IMG/VR virus record: IMGVR_UViG_3300047463_000151
Coordinates: 1-60,042 of that record
Length of the DNA stretch: 60,042 nucleotides
DNA from: a virus
Lineage: Duplodnaviria; Caudoviricetes
Strand: one strand, 5' to 3'
The position numbers were made by a program, and so were the translations under genes. The notes below the pieces were generated by a model, which had not been told where the DNA came from, did not search any database, and was given only the letters and a program-made list of their open reading frames with translations. Positions within the stretch are counted from its first letter, which is position 1; every line of letters starts with the position of its first letter. This document shows positions 46,501-54,670 of the stretch, in pieces.

Positions 46501-48304
46501 TGAAGAACAGATTGCAACGGATAATGCGACATACCAGGCCGCTGCAATTGCTGCCGCGAAACTGAATGATGCAAGCGTAGATTGGGAAAAACGTCGGCTT
46601 GAGTCTGAGAAGATGGTTCGTGCGGTTTACCGCAAAGGTCTGCTCGATGAATCCAAGGCGTTCTTAGAGAAGGAAGTCGCTGAGGCGAACAACGCGATTT
46701 GGGATGAGGCAGAGCGCCGCGCTGCGGGACGACAAAAAGAGATTGAGGCTATTCTTGCATTCTACCGCGAGAAATTAGCCGCAGCGGCGAATGACGCGGA
46801 TGCTACTAAGCAGCTTCTAGATGACCGTGATGCTGCACTAGACGCTGCCGGTGCAAAGTTCCGCGCAGAAGACCTAGCCGCTGAGGAGGACTACCAAGCT
46901 AGGCTCTCCGAAATTCGTAAAACTGCTGCCGAGCGTTTGGGTAATGAGGTCAACACTATTGAAGAGGCAAAACTGTCGGCCTCTGAAAAGATCCGCAAAG
47001 ACGCCAATGATAAGGTCAAAGGCATCATTGACGACGGCGTAAAGGCGTATCGTGAGGCGAATAAAGATCGCGAAGTGTCAGACCTTGAAGCATTCACCTA
47101 TGCGCTATCGCTGTTGCAACAGAACAAAGAAGCGGTCGGCGCGATCTTTGAGGATGCCGATAAGCGTGCTCGCGAGGCTGCTACGCCTTACGAGAAACTG
47201 CGAGCTACTTTCGTAAAGGTCTTCGGCGAAGGTGCTGGCAAGTCGCTAGACGACCTCAAAAAGAAACTGGAAGAGACGGGCGGCACCGCTAAGCGTATCG
47301 CTGGTATCATTGGCAAGGCATTTGGCGGCGCATTCAAAGGCATCAAAGCTGGATTCGACGCTATTATGGGTGTGGTTCAATCCATCAGTGGATTCAGCCT
47401 CAACATTCTCGGCACCATCCAACAGGCAGTCGGAGAGGCAACACAAGCCCAAGACGCCGCAATGGCCGACGCTGGCGAGCGTGCGAAGGCGGCGGGCTTC
47501 GACCCTAACGTAGCGGCTAGACGCGCTGCAAACACCATCGACGGTGGCGTAATCGCTACGCAGTTCGTGGAGGGCTTGTTTGCCAACGCGCTACGTATGA
47601 CCGAGTTCTTCTTGGCGGCTGTTGGGCCTACGCTTGCGGCGCTCGCAGCGGGTCTGCCTGACTTGTTTACGGCGGTTGCTGATGCGTTGCCGGGTATTGC
47701 TACGGCGCTCGCGCAGAACATTGGGCCTGTCATCCAGGCGATTGTAGACGGCGTTCCGAAGGTTGCTATCGCACTGATTCAGTCGCTTCCGACGATTGTT
47801 ACGGCACTAGTTCAAGCAATTTATACGGAACTAATACCGCAACTTCCAATAATTGCGTTTGAACTTATGAAGGCTATTGCGTTGGCCTTTTGGGAAATCG
47901 TAGGCGACTTGGCAAAAATGCTTTGGGATGCTTTACGAGGCCGCGGTGGAAAGGAGGATACAGGCAACGCCGCCGCCTATTCCGGCATCGACTACGTTCC
48001 GTCCACCATGCGTGCCACGCTCCACCAAGGCGAAGCCGTTATCCCCGCAGACCGCAATGCACGACGTATGCGCGGCGCTACGGCCCCGGCACCCGCAGGA
48101 GCAGACCAGAACTACGGTGGACGCAGCGGCGGCGGTAATGGCCCCGTGGAAGTGTCTGTGATCGCAGAGGGCCGCTTGTTAGAAGCCGTCCAACTAAGGG
48201 CACAGGATATGGGGCGTGCTACTGGTATGAGCAAGCGCATTCGCAAAGCAGCGGGAGTACAGGTAGGTTTCTCTCGCGGTCAGTTCAATCCGTGGTCGTA
48301 CTGA
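43568..48304 (+). CDS. Tape measure protein (TP901-like core)
   Basis: 1578 aa, Ala-rich and helical; FSAQEAADAM and GLKGSKAGT motifs; C-terminal 11-residue periodicity. Confidence 0.92.
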   Translation: MAADKTLGDLIFDLVIDDSKFQATIDSSIKKIRSLNSAFASVARNAAKASAGGTGGGGATEPTEQSRSSAIKQLLAFGRMVKQAQAESDAAVRKEEANEQKRRMLFGSRLTAYGKMLAQETVKRDAALRSQEVAEQKTRMMFSGRLASYGKMIQREVAAVAKAEEAKRKEEAKTAAAAIAALAKQEAARKKADAAALKAIKDRTDAQESVFKTLGSAGTDVASTIMSAFKIATTAVAAVGTAITVLGAKFEQTINTVSVLSDGSLPELTKAARQFGMESKFSAQEAADAMLNFAQAGMTAEQNIAATGAAIKLAAASGSDLTLTTSIMSDAISQFSLSTNDASNLADIFTYALNDSKLGMEDLSVSMRYAGTVGAGFGMSVQETTAALMMFSSLGLKGSKAGTVFRQTMNAAANTTREAEKALAAYGLTQADISPLTKKFGEILNTVADAGITVDDALKIFGTTAGANVVALAKMQKESAGTAKSFESLVAGMDAAISRGDAAIKATQMMDNVAGQFTLLIARLREIGLSIYDAYSGPLKAIITEAGGVASDIISVFGYASTSISEGVGGALSDLASYIRDNRAQIVGMVVAFIEGFSRLTAQILSLMPTFAGLVSIALDFGNAIFTVGDAVAALIPGVTNAAGVFATLFLVGEALAFVAAISKISAAIRDLQKALVGAEMSAAAATGGLTALVMIGGMLVGWLAQYVTANDEAAASVDRLRAAEEHRKLVNDKAYAAEVARVSKLLDASKAQAQEALKNGKTLTDEQRRQAEATLRLTKEQALLEMQSGRLVAIKGRLATVSEVAAMASKGESAALQTMYREQAKEEAAAADQLERLRRAKADADKGFKTAVRGSFIPGAPSQEDVRQNLAQTGGGQVQSYEELTLAIADAEKALERIQGRDEAFRNELFLAQHAVDKTTGSMKKLQGPTKEAAKATDELAAAMRGLIADAQKRYDEVLKAFEEANTSEGELQAKRLEEQIATDNATYQAAAIAAAKLNDASVDWEKRRLESEKMVRAVYRKGLLDESKAFLEKEVAEANNAIWDEAERRAAGRQKEIEAILAFYREKLAAAANDADATKQLLDDRDAALDAAGAKFRAEDLAAEEDYQARLSEIRKTAAERLGNEVNTIEEAKLSASEKIRKDANDKVKGIIDDGVKAYREANKDREVSDLEAFTYALSLLQQNKEAVGAIFEDADKRAREAATPYEKLRATFVKVFGEGAGKSLDDLKKKLEETGGTAKRIAGIIGKAFGGAFKGIKAGFDAIMGVVQSISGFSLNILGTIQQAVGEATQAQDAAMADAGERAKAAGFDPNVAARRAANTIDGGVIATQFVEGLFANALRMTEFFLAAVGPTLAALAAGLPDLFTAVADALPGIATALAQNIGPVIQAIVDGVPKVAIALIQSLPTIVTALVQAIYTELIPQLPIIAFELMKAIALAFWEIVGDLAKMLWDALRGRGGKEDTGNAAAYSGIDYVPSTMRATLHQGEAVIPADRNARRMRGATAPAPAGADQNYGGRSGGGNGPVEVSVIAEGRLLEAVQLRAQDMGRATGMSKRIRKAAGVQVGFSRGQFNPWSY

Positions 48305-48312
48305 GGTAAACG

Positions 48313-51300
48313 ATGACTTGTGCAGGCAAACCAGAGGCATATTTCGTCGTTCCTGACGGGTTTGTGCCCGAAGTTTACAGCGCGTCGTCGCAGGCTGGGG
48401 TTTATCCTGGTCTGACTACCTCAACCTCGATGGGTCGTTTGGTTCCGATGCAGTCGGGTGATTCGATTACGAGCAGCGTAGGGACGAGCTACGACTACGG
48501 GATTGTGCGTGCTGGTGGCACGAATACGGCGGAATGGGTCTGGGCGCGCACAGGAGATTCGTTCAAAGGCAAGGACGACATTCGGAATTGGTGGGGTACA
48601 CACGTTCCGTTAGCGGTTAGCCCGTGGTCCTCTAACAACAGCACGATGTTTCACGCGCCGTCGCGTCGTCTCTTCGTGTGCGGCGCATCGGGTTCAAGCA
48701 CTTCCGTTGTCTTTTACTACCGCAACGTAGACACCGACCGATACGACGTATGGACTAGCGCGTATACGGTTACGCTGCGCCAAGCGACACACGCAACGGA
48801 CATTTCCGGCATCGCGCTTGTTGCGCTTTATGATGGCACTTGCTTGATGATTGTGAGAAATGCGTCGGCTAACGACTTCGACGTTTACGCATCTACAGAT
48901 CCAACGGTGGGATCGAGTTGGAAGCTCGTTAGCCGCGATATTTTGCTTCGGTTCAATGGGACTACGATAGCGCAAGGTGTGAAGGCGCATATCAAGGTGG
49001 CGGCGTCTGGAGATTATGTTCGGTTAGTATTTGCGTTGCCTGCATCTGCGGGTTCTTGCACGCTCCGCACCTTCGTCTCGCAAGATCGTGGAGCCACTTG
49101 GGTCGAGTCGATCAGCAGTCCAGTTAGAACGGTTCCCGCAATAGCTGGAACCACAGACGACTATGCTCCGTTTGACGTAGTAGGATTGGGACAGACGGGT
49201 AGTTTCGCGATTGCTCAGTATTTCTACTCTGTTTCGCACTTTCTAACGGTAAATACAGCATTTGGAACAGATGCTTGGTCGACCGCGAGTTATGGCGCAT
49301 ATATTTGTCCACAAGCCGTTCAAACTGTAATTTTAGGTAGTAACGAATCTTTCGCCTATGTATTCGGCCTATGGTCTGATCGTGGTACATCCAATGCCGA
49401 TGGATGGGTGATGGGTCGTGCCGATGTGGCAACCTATTCTAGCGATCACACACCATGGGCTTTCACAACGGCCACTTCGATCAATGGCTATGACGGCATG
49501 GACTACCTCGCTTGCCGCGCAAAGATGGTGTGGGCAGGCAATGCTTGGTTCGTCTACAGTGCCCGCAAAGCCGAAGCTGGTGGCGCTTCCGGCCAAGACC
49601 CTTTCGGTTGGTACTTCGGCGACTGGACGCTGCGTAGTCTAGGTCAGTTTGGCCCATCGCAAAATCCAACGGCGATGACGAATACGATGTGGGATTTGGC
49701 CTGGTATTATAGCCACAATCAGCCTCAGGACGGCGCTGGAACGAGTTGGACAAGAGTACTCAGCGGTACGGGTTCTGGCTCATATACAGCGCCAGGAATA
49801 TACCTCACGCGAAATACTACCGGATATGTCTCATATAACCATCCAGAAACTACCGTTGGTACATGGTTTACAAGCGGTGGCGTATGGAAATGGTCAGTCA
49901 GACTAGATAGCGGAGGCACTGGTTCCGCTATGCACTTGGTAAATATAACCATGTGCAACGCAGCAATTACGCAAGCCTATGATGTCTACATACGGCTCAC
50001 AGCGACACAGGCTGAAATATATGATGTTGGCACATCCAGCGTATTAGCTACAATTTCTGGCCTGAATCTTGCGACTGGAAGTTCTGGGGCATTTCACGAA
50101 ATGCGCTTCGTTGCTGGCCCCGGTGGAATGTCCTGCCGTCTTGAAATCTTAGATACGGCAAGTGGTATCTGGTATACGAGTTCTACAGTAAATCTGACAT
50201 TAAACGTCGCTGTTCTTACTCCAAGAGTGCGATTTGGAATAGCTTATTTCTTCGCGACTACTGGCATCCAGTCCTCTTGGTGGAGAGATTTTTGCTGCAC
50301 GATGGATGGCACGACACTCAATCGAGCTAGTGCAAATATGGTCAACGCGGGCACCATAACGGACGCGGCTAACTTACTGTATGGTCAACCCTGCTCGCCA
50401 GCGCCGCAATACTTGGAACAAGGGCTCTACGTCTCTTGGACCGGCATGTACGGCACGGAAGGCGACGAGTGGAACGGTACGCTGGCCTACTCCTACCCAA
50501 AGGAAGCTATCCTCGTTGACTCGCCGCGTATCCCTTGGCGCACAGTCGATGCGAGCACCACTGGTAGCATCATTCTCTATATTGGCTCGTCAGTAGACCG
50601 ATTTTATCACGACGCTATCGCGCTTTTCGGCTGCAATAATCGATATGCGCTTGTGGATTACGATACCAATACAGCGTTTAGCTCACCATCGGCTACGCAG
50701 ACCGTGGACTTCACGGTTTACGGCAGCGGTACAACACCGCTCGTCGTGTCTGCGCTGACCGGCAACGCTATCGGAATCACAGGGACTACGTTCAAGTGGA
50801 CCACTGGCGAACTCGTCGGTTGCTACGTCCGTATGTTGACGGGGACCGCTGCTGGAAAGACATTCAAGATTACGCGACATCCAGCGATAAACCGCGTGCA
50901 TTTCGACGGCGAAACGACGTTGCTTTCGACACAAGGCGTAGCGGTTAGCAATACATTTTGTATCTTCTCGTCTAGCGGTGTGTTGAAGTACAGTGGCGCT
51001 GTCGGTGTAGAAACCTACATGCGAATCCGCCTTGCAGATACCGACACCGCCGAAGGCTACCACCAACTCGGCACCGTCGTAGCAGGCACATCGGTCGCCG
51101 TAGACGTTCCACTCGATTGGGCGCATACGGACGACGAGCAACCCAACGTAACGACCTATCGAACTAAGTCAGGTATCGCGTGGGCATTTGCGGAGGGTCC
51201 ATCGCAGCGCACCTATACAGGTCGCGTTGTCGGTGACGCGGAGCGATGGCGTGAAAAGTTCCGTGCGATGCTCCGTCAGATTTCCTACGAAGGCAAGCCC

Positions 51301-51459
51301 ATTGCGTTCGTGATGAACTCCGACCAATCGCCTGAAACGCTGATGCTTGGTCGCGTGAAGTCCGGTGGTGCGCTCGACAATGCCGGGTGGTATCAAGACT
51401 CGGCAGGCATCATGCGTACCGCTGGCGACCTCTCGCTGACGTTCGTTGAGGAGAAGTAA
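48313..51459 (+). CDS. Tail tip/baseplate protein with inserted beta-rich domains
   Basis: 1048 aa directly after the tape measure; Asp-box-like SQDRGATW. Confidence 0.7.
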   Translation: MTCAGKPEAYFVVPDGFVPEVYSASSQAGVYPGLTTSTSMGRLVPMQSGDSITSSVGTSYDYGIVRAGGTNTAEWVWARTGDSFKGKDDIRNWWGTHVPLAVSPWSSNNSTMFHAPSRRLFVCGASGSSTSVVFYYRNVDTDRYDVWTSAYTVTLRQATHATDISGIALVALYDGTCLMIVRNASANDFDVYASTDPTVGSSWKLVSRDILLRFNGTTIAQGVKAHIKVAASGDYVRLVFALPASAGSCTLRTFVSQDRGATWVESISSPVRTVPAIAGTTDDYAPFDVVGLGQTGSFAIAQYFYSVSHFLTVNTAFGTDAWSTASYGAYICPQAVQTVILGSNESFAYVFGLWSDRGTSNADGWVMGRADVATYSSDHTPWAFTTATSINGYDGMDYLACRAKMVWAGNAWFVYSARKAEAGGASGQDPFGWYFGDWTLRSLGQFGPSQNPTAMTNTMWDLAWYYSHNQPQDGAGTSWTRVLSGTGSGSYTAPGIYLTRNTTGYVSYNHPETTVGTWFTSGGVWKWSVRLDSGGTGSAMHLVNITMCNAAITQAYDVYIRLTATQAEIYDVGTSSVLATISGLNLATGSSGAFHEMRFVAGPGGMSCRLEILDTASGIWYTSSTVNLTLNVAVLTPRVRFGIAYFFATTGIQSSWWRDFCCTMDGTTLNRASANMVNAGTITDAANLLYGQPCSPAPQYLEQGLYVSWTGMYGTEGDEWNGTLAYSYPKEAILVDSPRIPWRTVDASTTGSIILYIGSSVDRFYHDAIALFGCNNRYALVDYDTNTAFSSPSATQTVDFTVYGSGTTPLVVSALTGNAIGITGTTFKWTTGELVGCYVRMLTGTAAGKTFKITRHPAINRVHFDGETTLLSTQGVAVSNTFCIFSSSGVLKYSGAVGVETYMRIRLADTDTAEGYHQLGTVVAGTSVAVDVPLDWAHTDDEQPNVTTYRTKSGIAWAFAEGPSQRTYTGRVVGDAERWREKFRAMLRQISYEGKPIAFVMNSDQSPETLMLGRVKSGGALDNAGWYQDSAGIMRTAGDLSLTFVEEK

Positions 51460-53270
51460 TGGCGGGTGAGGTCATCATCGCCGCTCCGTTTCGCCAGTGG
51501 GCGCTTACGGACCCCGTACAACGCACGGCGCGTGTACCTTCGTCGTCGTGGCTAACGGGGCCTAATGGCCTCACCTACGCAGACGCTATCATGGTAGTTG
51601 ACGTAGTGCTCGGCTCGCAGACTCGTGGCGCTCGGTTTCGCATTGCGTCGGAACCGCTAACGTCGGCCAACGGCACGGATGACAAGAGCGCACGCGCAGG
51701 CATTATCGAAGAACCGCCTATCGTCGCGTCGTATTCGCTAGGTGATGGTTCGTCGCAAGCCCGTTCATTCGCGTTGTCGATTCACCCGCTGTCGGGTCTT
51801 GATTTGCCGACGATGCTGGCGCAAGGGTTATTGCCAACAGGGATAGCGGAAATCTCGCTGGAATGGCGCAACCAGGACGGAACGCCTAGCGACTACATGA
51901 AGCGCGTTGTCGTGTGTCGTGGCATCGTCAATGGCATCTCGTTCGGTGGCCGCTATCCATCGCCGGCAGAAACCAGTGAAGACCGCATGTGGCGCGGGAC
52001 TGAAATCGTGGAGTTTGAGGTCATCGACCCCCGCGACGTATGCCAAACGTGGATGCCGCCCCAAGTCGTAGACAGCCAAGGCATTCGGTTCGCAAATCCG
52101 CATCCTGACGCTATCGGGCAGCGGCTACCGCTCGTCTACAATGGATTCGGAAGCATCCCGGCGCTGCGTGTGACGCGGAATGTGTCTACCGTGGTCAGCG
52201 TGACGAGCAACAACACCTTCGTATTCGCGCTCGGTCACGGATGGACGGTTGACCAAGTGAAAGTGAATGGAGTTACCCGTCTAGCCACGGATACTACCTA
52301 TCCTTGGTCGCTTTACGAAGGCATAGATGGCCTTGGTACAGCGTATTCCGCAATCCTTTTCGATACGGATTCTGGAACAGTCGACAACCAATATAATCTC
52401 GGTGGATATGTTCGATATACGACGAGCACCGTAGTTGTTTGGGAAGAGTCCGACGCTGTTCATGTTTCATGTTCACGCACCACGAACTTGCGCTCCATCG
52501 TTATGGTCGCCCAAGCAATACTCAGCGACTTCTCTGCCGTTGGTTCGCAAGGTCTGCACCCGCGTCTATTCGCCGACGCTGACGCCAAACTCGCAGGCAT
52601 GGGACTCCCCAAAGTGCTTATCAATGGGTCCGACAGTGGTAGCGCAGCGAATGCTCTGGACTTCGTGGAAACGGGCCTGCTCGCGTCGTACCCGATGGTG
52701 TCGATGGTATGGGAAGAAGGCGCGTATGGTCCGGTAGTGACCGACTTCCGCTCGATGCCCGTAGCCAAACTCGTCGCTGGTGCGGTTCCGCTTCTCGACC
52801 GCGTAAGTCTGATTACAACGTCGCAAACATCGGAAATCTTCAACCGCTTTACGCTCAAATATGCCTACGATTCCTTCGCTGACACCTACTCCAAGGTCGT
52901 TATTCGCGACCGCACGAACAGCGGCCTATGCGAGTACAGCGAAGACAACATCGGTCGGCGTGACCATGATGTAATCGAGTCGCCGTATATCCAAGACGAC
53001 GCGACCGCGAACGCAGTCATTGACTGGCTTGTAGCGCACAAATCGCTTCCGTCGTACCTCGTTGAATACGAGGCATTGCCGGTGGCGTTCTTCACCTTGC
53101 GCCGTGGCGACACCGTGCTTTTGTCCGACGATGAGTTTTCATGGACAGACCAGCGTGCGACGGTTGAGCAAATCGAATACCGACGCGGCTATTGCAAGGT
53201 CACGCTTCGCGTGTGGGTGCGCTACGTTGACCTTGGCGGTGCTGCCTATTCCGCACCCACGGGGGCATAA
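51459..53270 (+). CDS. Tail hub/baseplate protein
   Basis: 603 aa; GQRLPLVY and LRRGDTVLL..VEQIEY hub-like patterns. Confidence 0.65.
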   Translation: MAGEVIIAAPFRQWALTDPVQRTARVPSSSWLTGPNGLTYADAIMVVDVVLGSQTRGARFRIASEPLTSANGTDDKSARAGIIEEPPIVASYSLGDGSSQARSFALSIHPLSGLDLPTMLAQGLLPTGIAEISLEWRNQDGTPSDYMKRVVVCRGIVNGISFGGRYPSPAETSEDRMWRGTEIVEFEVIDPRDVCQTWMPPQVVDSQGIRFANPHPDAIGQRLPLVYNGFGSIPALRVTRNVSTVVSVTSNNTFVFALGHGWTVDQVKVNGVTRLATDTTYPWSLYEGIDGLGTAYSAILFDTDSGTVDNQYNLGGYVRYTTSTVVVWEESDAVHVSCSRTTNLRSIVMVAQAILSDFSAVGSQGLHPRLFADADAKLAGMGLPKVLINGSDSGSAANALDFVETGLLASYPMVSMVWEEGAYGPVVTDFRSMPVAKLVAGAVPLLDRVSLITTSQTSEIFNRFTLKYAYDSFADTYSKVVIRDRTNSGLCEYSEDNIGRRDHDVIESPYIQDDATANAVIDWLVAHKSLPSYLVEYEALPVAFFTLRRGDTVLLSDDEFSWTDQRATVEQIEYRRGYCKVTLRVWVRYVDLGGAAYSAPTGA

Positions 53271-54355
53271 TGTCGATTTGGCTCATGGCAGACCGCAGAG
53301 TGACCGTTTATCGGCTTTCTGACTATGTATTGGATAGCGTAGCGGCTACTACCGCTGGGCTTGCGCCTTCGCGTCAACCTGCGAAGCCTGCGTGCATTGA
53401 AGTCCGTTCTACAGGTGGAGCGGGTGGTACGGTAACCGTACAAGGCATCGTCGCGGGTTCCGCCGATAGCGAAACTCTGACCTTTGCGGGGCCGGACGTG
53501 CTGACGACACGCAAGGTGTTCCAGTCGCTCAATTCAACCATCGCGTTTGCGGTTACGGGCATGGCCGGGGCTACGCTGTCCGCGTCGGCGACAGGTTCAG
53601 ATGGTTCTGCGATCCAAACGGTAACGGGTGCCGTAGCAACCGATTGGCCGATGCGTATGGACCGTGGCTTCTCTAAGTGGCCTGGCAAATATACTCAGGG
53701 TGTCGCGCAAACCGAAGAAACACGCTTCTACATGGAATATGCGTCATGGTCGCCGCGTGAAAACGACGTATTTGTAGACGGACTGACCAGCGAACAGTTC
53801 ATGGTCATCGGCGTTCCGACGTACCACGGCGGCGGCATGTATTTACCGCACCATACGGAGGTTCGCGTCGTTCGTCGTGAAGGTTCCATTACAGGCACCG
53901 GAGGCGGTGGCGGTGGTAGTGGAGGCGGTGGTGGAGGTGGAGGCGTTCCATCGACCGCTACCTATACGACTATCGACGCCGTACAGGCGGGCGACGTACT
54001 CGCGTTTACGCAAGATGGTAAAGTGCGGCTCGCGAACAATACTTGGACGCTTTCCCCGCCACGGTATTTCGCTCGCCTCGTTGCCTACGAGTCCGCTGCC
54101 GCGAATACGCCGGTCAAGTGCTACGTCGTCGCCGGTACACAGGTCAATGTTCGGTTCGCGTCGGCTCCACCGTCGTCTGCTAACGGCAATCCCGCGTATC
54201 TATCCGCGACCAGTGGCCTCGCTACGCACGCTATTCCGTCTGCGGGTGGACAGGTCATTTGTCAGATAGGTGCGATTCTCGACGCCGATGGTAGTAAAAC
54301 CACATGCCAGGTCGTATTGTTGTTCAGCGATATGCCTGTTCAAATTCCGGTGTAA
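53270..54355 (+). CDS. Virion protein: head-closure-like domain, Gly linker, DUF2190-like C-terminal domain
   Basis: PRENDVFVD..EQFMVIGV..HHTEVRV; GTGGGGGGSGGGGGGGG linker; VQAGDVL..GNPAYLS..G. Confidence 0.55.
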   Translation: MSIWLMADRRVTVYRLSDYVLDSVAATTAGLAPSRQPAKPACIEVRSTGGAGGTVTVQGIVAGSADSETLTFAGPDVLTTRKVFQSLNSTIAFAVTGMAGATLSASATGSDGSAIQTVTGAVATDWPMRMDRGFSKWPGKYTQGVAQTEETRFYMEYASWSPRENDVFVDGLTSEQFMVIGVPTYHGGGMYLPHHTEVRVVRREGSITGTGGGGGGSGGGGGGGGVPSTATYTTIDAVQAGDVLAFTQDGKVRLANNTWTLSPPRYFARLVAYESAAANTPVKCYVVAGTQVNVRFASAPPSSANGNPAYLSATSGLATHAIPSAGGQVICQIGAILDADGSKTTCQVVLLFSDMPVQIPV

Positions 54356-54357
54356 AG

Positions 54358-54585
54358 ATGCAGCGTAACTACATCACCTCTGAAATCTCGTTCGCGGCCT
54401 ATCTGCTCGCCAACGGATGCACGATTTCTGAGGTCGTGCGAGAAGGTAGGAAAGTCCGATGGAGATTCGTGATTGACGCTGACCGCTTGTCACACCTAGA
54501 AGCCTCTTGGCCTACCTCGGTGGACGCACGTTTCTGGAACGTGTACCAGACTCTCAAGGGGCAACTCCAACTGCGAAAGGATTAG
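54358..54585 (+). CDS. Small protein, DUF5659-like
   Basis: YITSEISFAAYLLANG...VRWRF pattern. Confidence 0.55.
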   Translation: MQRNYITSEISFAAYLLANGCTISEVVREGRKVRWRFVIDADRLSHLEASWPTSVDARFWNVYQTLKGQLQLRKD

Positions 54586-54670
54586 GCCGCAGACCAAATG
54601 CCTAACCGTAGATCCTGCTGGTAGCAGATGAACCAGATTTATCCTTTACTTTGCAGCAGGAGATACTACG

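Noticed and set aside
53897-53945. GGN-rich tandem repeat
   Set aside because: It encodes a poly-Gly linker with mixed codons and is not a separate element.
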